DNA from: Gemmatimonadota bacterium | Lineage (GTDB): Bacteria; Gemmatimonadota; Gemmatimonadetes; Gemmatimonadales; GWC2-71-9 | Assembly (NCBI GenBank): GCA_036679645.1 | Contig: JAZDCY010000078.1 | Coordinates: 1-41,367 of the forward strand | Direction of reading: 5' to 3' | Length of the DNA stretch: 41,367 bases | Shown: positions 36,013-41,367 of the stretch, piece after piece | How the letters are laid out: every line of letters begins with the position of its first letter | Numbering within the stretch: position 1 is the first letter of the stretch | Notes under the pieces: generated by a model | What the model was told of the DNA's origin: nothing | The model's input: only the letters and a program-made list of their open reading frames with translations | Database searches by the model: none | Made by a program: the position numbers and the translations under genes

Positions 36013-39000
36013 TCAGTTATTCGGCGCCCCGTTCCGAATCCAGCCCCTGAGCCGATTACGGAAGGTGGCCGAGATCGATCCTGACGGGGGCATGACCGAA
36101 TTGCACCCGGTGATACCACTCGTGTTGCCGTCCATCCGATGCATGATCACGCTGCGGGTTTCGGCGGTCGTGCCCCCGCCGGCCGCCACGAGATCCCAGA
36201 TGTTGTTATTGGGGCTATCGCAGCTGGCGTTCACGCCTAGGGTTGTCGCTCTGGTCCAGTTGTGACAGCTGCTGCAATTGGCATTCCAAATGGGTTGCAC
36301 GTGTGTGCTGAGCGAGTAGATCCCGTCGCCATTGAAGGTTCTCGAGGTCAGGCCGGTTGACGTCGCCCGCAACGAGTTTGACCTTCGACCCGTAGACGAA
36401 AGCGATCCTGTTTCCCCGAGCGTCCAACTCGTTACGGTCGCAACCCCGCTGGAGTTCGTGACCTGATTCGCACCGGTCCGACTGCCTCCACCACTCAACA
36501 CACTGAAGGTCACCGAGACGCCATCGACGAAATTGCCGAATGCATCGGTCACGCGCATGGCCGGGTCCGTCGGCACCGCGGCGCCGACGATGGCCGTCTG
36601 GGTTGAGCATCCCGCAAAGCATGCCGTCGTAGTTGCCGCTGCGTGGTCCACCGTGACAATGACGCTCTTCGACCCCAAGCCAGAGATGGTGCCGGAGACG
36701 AACTTTGCCTGCGCGAAAGTCGAGTTGAAAACACGCTGCGCCTGACCCGACGAGTTGGACGTCGTCACGTTGCTGAGCGTCGCGTTCGTAGTGCTGATCC
36801 GCCAGAAGTCGTTCGCGCCCGACGGTGTAAAGGTCACAGTGTGGCCGGACCGTGGGTTCCCAAAGGCGTCTCTGACCGTCACCGTAACGACCGACCGGGT
36901 GTTGCTTATCGAACCCACGTTACTCGCAATAATGAACGAGTCGTCGCTAGAGATCAGCGAATTGGACAGGCTCGCAGCCGCCGCATTTACGATGACCGGA
37001 TCAGTTTGCGTAATCGTGCCAATGCTCACGATGAATCCCGAAACGGTCTTGGTCTGGGCCACCGTGGAAGACCACGACCCGGTCGTCACACCGGACGAGT
37101 TGGTAGTGACCGTCGGCTGAATGATCGCGTTGCCCGATCCCGTAACCGCGATCGTCACGTTACGTCCACTCACGGGGTTGTTGAAGACATCACGCACCGT
37201 CACCGTGACAGTCGACGAGCTCGACCCCGTGCTGGCGGTGATCGGTTCCGGCGCCGAGTTCACGCTCGACGCGCTCACGCTCGGCGTTGCCGCGTTGACC
37301 GCGACCACGTCCGTCTGCGCAATCGTTCCGGCCCCAGTGACCACCGCGGAAACGGTCTTCGATTCGGCAAATGTCGAGTGCCAGGAGCCGGTAGCCACCC
37401 CGCTCGCGTTGGTCGCGGACGTGGGTTGGATGACCGTGTTATTGGATCCGGTGACGCCTATCGTCACCAGGACACCGCTCACCGGGTTCGAGAACTGATC
37501 TCGCACCGTGACGGTGACGGTCGACACGCTGCTGCCAGTGCTGGCCGTAATCGGCTCGGATGCGTCGACCAACGAGTTCGAAATGGCAGGGAAACTCGGA
37601 CCCACGAGTACAATGGCGTTGTCGAGGATCAGCCCGACACCGGCGATCGTCGCGGTGACCGTCTTGGTCTCGGCCTTCGTAGTGTTGAACAACCCGGTCG
37701 TCTGACCGGCGCTATTCGTCTGTAGCGACGGCTGTATGATCGTATTGTTCGTACCCGAGACCCCGAGCGTGATCGTGTGGCCGCTGCGGGGATTGTCGAA
37801 GGCATCCCGGACCGTCACGGTGACCGTCGAAAAATCCAGACCCACGCTCGCCATGATGGGTGACGTCGCGCCGACGAGAGATCTCGAGAGACTGGCAGCG
37901 GCGGGACTGACGGTCACGATGGCGTCATCGGTGATCGAGACGGCATTTGCCTGGGCCGTAACGGTCTTGGACTGTGCCACGGTCGAGCTGATCGTACCCG
38001 TAGTCTGCCCCGAAGCATTCGTGTTGGCGGGCTGCGTAATCGCGTTCGCGGATCCCGTCGAGAGCAGTGTCACGCTCGCGTTGGGGACCGGGTTGTTGAA
38101 CTGATCGCGCACGGTCACCGTCACCGTGGACGCGCTCGAGCCGGTGCTCGCGGTAATCCCGGTCGGCGATGCCGATACGATCGAATTGATCGCGCTCGGG
38201 GCGCCGGCCGTACCTGTCGCCGTGAACGCCAGCGGGCTGCCGACGAGACCGGCTGACGTCGCGGCAAGCGTGTTGGTCCCCGCAACGCTGCCGAGTGTCC
38301 AGCTTCCGACCGTCGCTATTCCCGCAGCGTTCGTCGTTTGTGCCCCCCCCGTGGCACCGCCGCCGCCACCGGTGACCGCAAACGTCACTGCGGTACCGGA
38401 CTTCGGATTGCCGAACTGATCCGTCACTCTGGCCGACGGGTCGATGCTCACCGCGGTATTGACCGTCGCTGATTGGCTGTTGCCGGCGTTCATGGCAATC
38501 TGGAATGCGACGCCGGCGGTTCCCGTGGCCGTGAACGTGAGAGGACTGCCGGTGAGACCAGCCGAGGTCGCCTGCAACGTGTTTGCCGCGACCACGGTGC
38601 CCAGCCGCCATGAGGTGACCTGAGCGAGACCGGATGCGTCGGTCACTATCGCCGTGATCGGGTTTACGACTCCGCCCCCTCCGGTAACCGCGAACGTCAC
38701 GTTGACCCCCGACTTCGGGTTCCCGAACGTGTCGGTCACCAACACCGACGGCGCCGTCGCGACGGTCGTGTTGACCGTAGCACTCTGCCCGTTTCCGCCG
38801 TTGATGGCTATGGTCGCGGCGTTCCCGGCCGTTCCCGTCGCCGAGAAGGCCACGGGTTCGCCCGCGAGCGTGAGCGGCGTCGTCGCCTGCAACGCGTTGG
38901 CGCCGGCCGCTTGACCCAGGGTCCAACTCGAGACCGTTGCAATACCCGACGCGTTCGTCGTGATCGCCGTCGTCGGGCTCACCGCGCCACCACCGCCCGT

Positions 39001-41367
39001 GACCGCAAACGTCACGTCGACACCGGACACCGGGTTATTGAACTGGTCGCTCACCCGCACCGATGGCGCCGCAGCCACCGCGGTGTTTACCGTAGCGCTC
39101 TGTCCGTTCCCGGCGTTGACGGCAATGTTCTGTGCGGCATCTGCCGTTCCGGTTGCTGTGAACGTCACCGGCTCGCCCGTAAGCGCCAGCGCGGTGGTTG
39201 CCTGTAGCGTATTCGCGCCGGCCGCGGTGCCGAGTGTCCAACTGCCGACCGTCGCAATACCCAGAGCGCTGGTCGTTGGGGATGCGAACGTCACACCACC
39301 GCCGCCGCCAGTGACGCCGAACGTCACCGAGACACCGGGAACCGGATTGCCGAACTGATCGGTGACGATCACCGAGGGCGCCGTCGCAACCGCGGTGTTC
39401 ACCGTGGCGCTCTGCCCGTTGCCACCATTGATGGCGATCGTTTGGGCCGCCGCGACCGTGCCGGTGGCGGTAAACGTAATCGGGTTACCGGTAACGCCTG
39501 CGCCCGTCACGGTGGCACTGAGCGTGTTCGCACCGGCCGCGGTACCGAGCGTCCAAGACGTTGCCGCCGCGATCCCGCTGGCGTCGCTATTGACTCCCGT
39601 CGTGGGAACGACCACACCCGCGCCACCCGTGACCGCGTACGTCACCTCGGCGCCCGGCACGGGGTTCCCGAACTGATCCACAACCAGCACCGCCGGCGCC
39701 ACGGCGACCGCGGTGTTGACCGTGGCCGACTGGCCGTCACCCGCAGAGATCGCTACCGTGGCCGGGACATCCGCCGTGGCCGTCGCGGTGAACGCGACGG
39801 GACTCCCGCTGAGCCCGGTGGATGTGGCCCGCAGGGTGTTGGTCCCCGCTGTCGTTCCCAGAGTCCAACTTGCAACGGTAGCAATGCCGGACCCGTTCGT
39901 CGTCGCGGCTCCACCAGTGGCCACGCCGCCACCAGCAAAGACGGCAAACGTGACGCCGACACTCGGCACCGGGTTACCGAACACGTCGGTCACCAGGACG
40001 GACGGGGTCGTCAGCACGGCGGTGTTCACGGTGGCTGACTGGCCGTCGCCACCGTCCAGCGCAATCGTCGTCGCACTTCCCACCGTCGCCGTCGCAGCGA
40101 ACGTGATCGGGTTGTTGGTGATGCCCACACCCGTCACCGTGGCCGTCAGCTGGTTCGAGCCGGGAGCGGTCCCCATCGACCAGCTTGCCACCGTCGCAAT
40201 CCCAGCGGCGTTCGTGGATTGCACGGCGCCCGTGACTCCACCGCCACCCAATGCTACGGCAAACGTGACCCCTGCCCCGGGCACGACGTTGCTGAACTGA
40301 TCGCGCACGATCACCGATGGATCGACGGCAACTGCGGTTCCGACGGTCGCGGTCTGTCCGTCACCTCCGTTCACAGCAACCGACGCCGGCGCGTCGGCGG
40401 TCCCTGTCGCGGTGAATGTGAGCGGGCTCCCCGAGAGCGTACCGGACGTCGCCGAGAGGGTATTGGCTCCAGCGGTCGTGCCCAGAGTCCACGAGGTCAC
40501 CTGCGCGATGCCCGCCGCATTCGTGGAGATCGACGTCGTCGGCACAACGGCGCCGGCACCCCCGGTCACCGCGAACGTCACGCCCACACCCGCCACCGGA
40601 TTACCGAATGCATCCGTCACGATGGCGGACGCTGCCGTCGTCACAGCGGTGTTGACGGTGGCCGACTGTGCGTCGCCGCCGTCGATAGCCACAATCGCCG
40701 CCGTACCGGCCGTGACCGTGACGGGGTTCGACGTGACCCCGGAAACGAACGGAGCTGAGAAACCAATGGTGTACGATCCAACCGGTCCGTCGATCGACAG
40801 GTTGGTAAAGACCGCTTCGCCGGCCGCATCTGTCGCGACCGTCACGGTGCCACCGATCGTACCCCCGGGACCGGACGTTATTGCCGCGGTGACATTGATC
40901 CCGGCCGTGGTCACAGGATTGCCGCCCACATCCTGGAGTTGAATCATGGGTTGTGTCGCGAGCGCAATCCCGGCCAATCCCACGGCGGACGGCTGCTGAT
41001 CGATGGCGAGCTGACCGGCCGCACCGGCCTGCCCTGTGGCGGTGAACGTCAGCGGATTGTTCGTGATACTCACGCCCGCGGCGGTCGCCGTCAGTGTGTT
41101 GCTGCCCGCCACGATCCCCAGGGTCCAACTGCCCACGGCGGCAATACCGGACGCGTTGGTGTTCTGCACGGCACCCGTGACGGCCCCACCTCCCGACGCA
41201 ACGGCGAACGTGACCTGATGGCCCAGCACCGCGTTGCCGAACTGATCGACGACGAGAACCGACGGTGGCACGGCAACAGCCGCCCCGGCGGTCGCTGTCT
41301 GGTTGTTGCCCGCGTTCATGGAAATCGTCGCGGCGGCGTCCGCCACACCGGTGGCGGTGAACGTCAC
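36013..41367 (-). CDS. Giant Ig-like (Big-1/invasin-type) repeat surface protein with C-terminal monoheme cytochrome c; 5' end lies outside the window
   Basis: >1784 aa open frame running off the window; 16 ~100-aa T/A/G/V-rich repeats with V.D.FGNP motifs; CSSCH at 36276-36262, then VMPP and WIRNGA. Confidence 0.88.
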   Translation of the reverse strand: MTFTATGVADAAATISMNAGNNQTATAGAAVAVPPSVLVVDQFGNAVLGHQVTFAVASGGGAVTGAVQNTNASGIAAVGSWTLGIVAGSNTLTATAAGVSITNNPLTFTATGQAGAAGQLAIDQQPSAVGLAGIALATQPMIQLQDVGGNPVTTAGINVTAAITSGPGGTIGGTVTVATDAAGEAVFTNLSIDGPVGSYTIGFSAPFVSGVTSNPVTVTAGTAAIVAIDGGDAQSATVNTAVTTAASAIVTDAFGNPVAGVGVTFAVTGGAGAVVPTTSISTNAAGIAQVTSWTLGTTAGANTLSATSGTLSGSPLTFTATGTADAPASVAVNGGDGQTATVGTAVAVDPSVIVRDQFSNVVPGAGVTFAVALGGGGVTGAVQSTNAAGIATVASWSMGTAPGSNQLTATVTGVGITNNPITFAATATVGSATTIALDGGDGQSATVNTAVLTTPSVLVTDVFGNPVPSVGVTFAVFAGGGVATGGAATTNGSGIATVASWTLGTTAGTNTLRATSTGLSGSPVAFTATATADVPATVAISAGDGQSATVNTAVAVAPAVLVVDQFGNPVPGAEVTYAVTGGAGVVVPTTGVNSDASGIAAATSWTLGTAAGANTLSATVTGAGVTGNPITFTATGTVAAAQTIAINGGNGQSATVNTAVATAPSVIVTDQFGNPVPGVSVTFGVTGGGGGVTFASPTTSALGIATVGSWTLGTAAGANTLQATTALALTGEPVTFTATGTADAAQNIAVNAGNGQSATVNTAVAAAPSVRVSDQFNNPVSGVDVTFAVTGGGGAVSPTTAITTNASGIATVSSWTLGQAAGANALQATTPLTLAGEPVAFSATGTAGNAATIAINGGNGQSATVNTTVATAPSVLVTDTFGNPKSGVNVTFAVTGGGGVVNPITAIVTDASGLAQVTSWRLGTVVAANTLQATSAGLTGSPLTFTATGTAGVAFQIAMNAGNSQSATVNTAVSIDPSARVTDQFGNPKSGTAVTFAVTGGGGGATGGAQTTNAAGIATVGSWTLGSVAGTNTLAATSAGLVGSPLAFTATGTAGAPSAINSIVSASPTGITASTGSSASTVTVTVRDQFNNPVPNASVTLLSTGSANAITQPANTNASGQTTGTISSTVAQSKTVTAQANAVSITDDAIVTVSPAAASLSRSLVGATSPIMASVGLDFSTVTVTVRDAFDNPRSGHTITLGVSGTNNTIIQPSLQTNSAGQTTGLFNTTKAETKTVTATIAGVGLILDNAIVLVGPSFPAISNSLVDASEPITASTGSSVSTVTVTVRDQFSNPVSGVLVTIGVTGSNNTVIQPTSATNASGVATGSWHSTFAESKTVSAVVTGAGTIAQTDVVAVNAATPSVSASSVNSAPEPITASTGSSSSTVTVTVRDVFNNPVSGRNVTIAVTGSGNAIIQPTVTTNSSGVTTGSWSSTVAQTKTVSGFIVSIGTITQTDPVIVNAAAASLSNSLISSDDSFIIASNVGSISNTRSVVTVTVRDAFGNPRSGHTVTFTPSGANDFWRISTTNATLSNVTTSNSSGQAQRVFNSTFAQAKFVSGTISGLGSKSVIVTVDHAAATTTACFAGCSTQTAIVGAAVPTDPAMRVTDAFGNFVDGVSVTFSVLSGGGSRTGANQVTNSSGVATVTSWTLGETGSLSSTGRRSNSLRATSTGLTSRTFNGDGIYSLSTHVQPIWNANCSSCHNWTRATTLGVNASCDSPNNNIWDLVAAGGGTTAETRSVIMHRMDGNTSGITGCNSVMPPSGSISATFRNRLRGWIRNGAPNN

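Noticed and set aside
31144..41367. Genomic island integrated at tRNA-Ser
   Set aside because: No integrase or transposase and no duplicate of the tRNA 3' end seen in the window; cannot be excluded beyond the edge
36013..41367. Multiheme nanowire
   Set aside because: Only one CxxCH in the 1784 visible residues

Overview
High-GC bacterial chromosomal segment; protein sequences and gene order suggest Gemmatimonadota (inference, no search run). Left: a secreted MMCGCP-motif protein and a GNAT / enolase-superfamily NSAR-OSBS / M20 amidohydrolase cluster whose GNAT gene is broken by an apparent internal deletion, then nhaA, a decayed amidohydrolase remnant and two membrane proteins. Middle: a ~20 kb minus-strand run of tightly coupled genes (M50 protease, scpA, scpB, rluB, Rossmann-fold protein, moxR/DUF58/Bat cluster, mutL, miaA, bshA, uppP, birA, coaX, divergent GWxTD-like protein), then rpsT and pyrR-pyrB-pyrC. 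Right: tRNA-Ser(CGA), a thioesterase, a second frameshifted nhaA, two predicted outer-membrane beta-barrels, and the 3' part of a giant Ig-like repeat protein ending in a single c-type cytochrome domain. Most notable: (i) that heme-tipped Ig-repeat protein next to two barrels; (ii) recurring 7- and 8-bp tandem repeat families in spacers, some as inverted pairs and one in-frame inside mutL; (iii) three damaged genes; (iv) a consistent TTGAC-N17-TAnnTT promoter signature with likely leaderless genes. No integrase, transposase or CRISPR array was seen.
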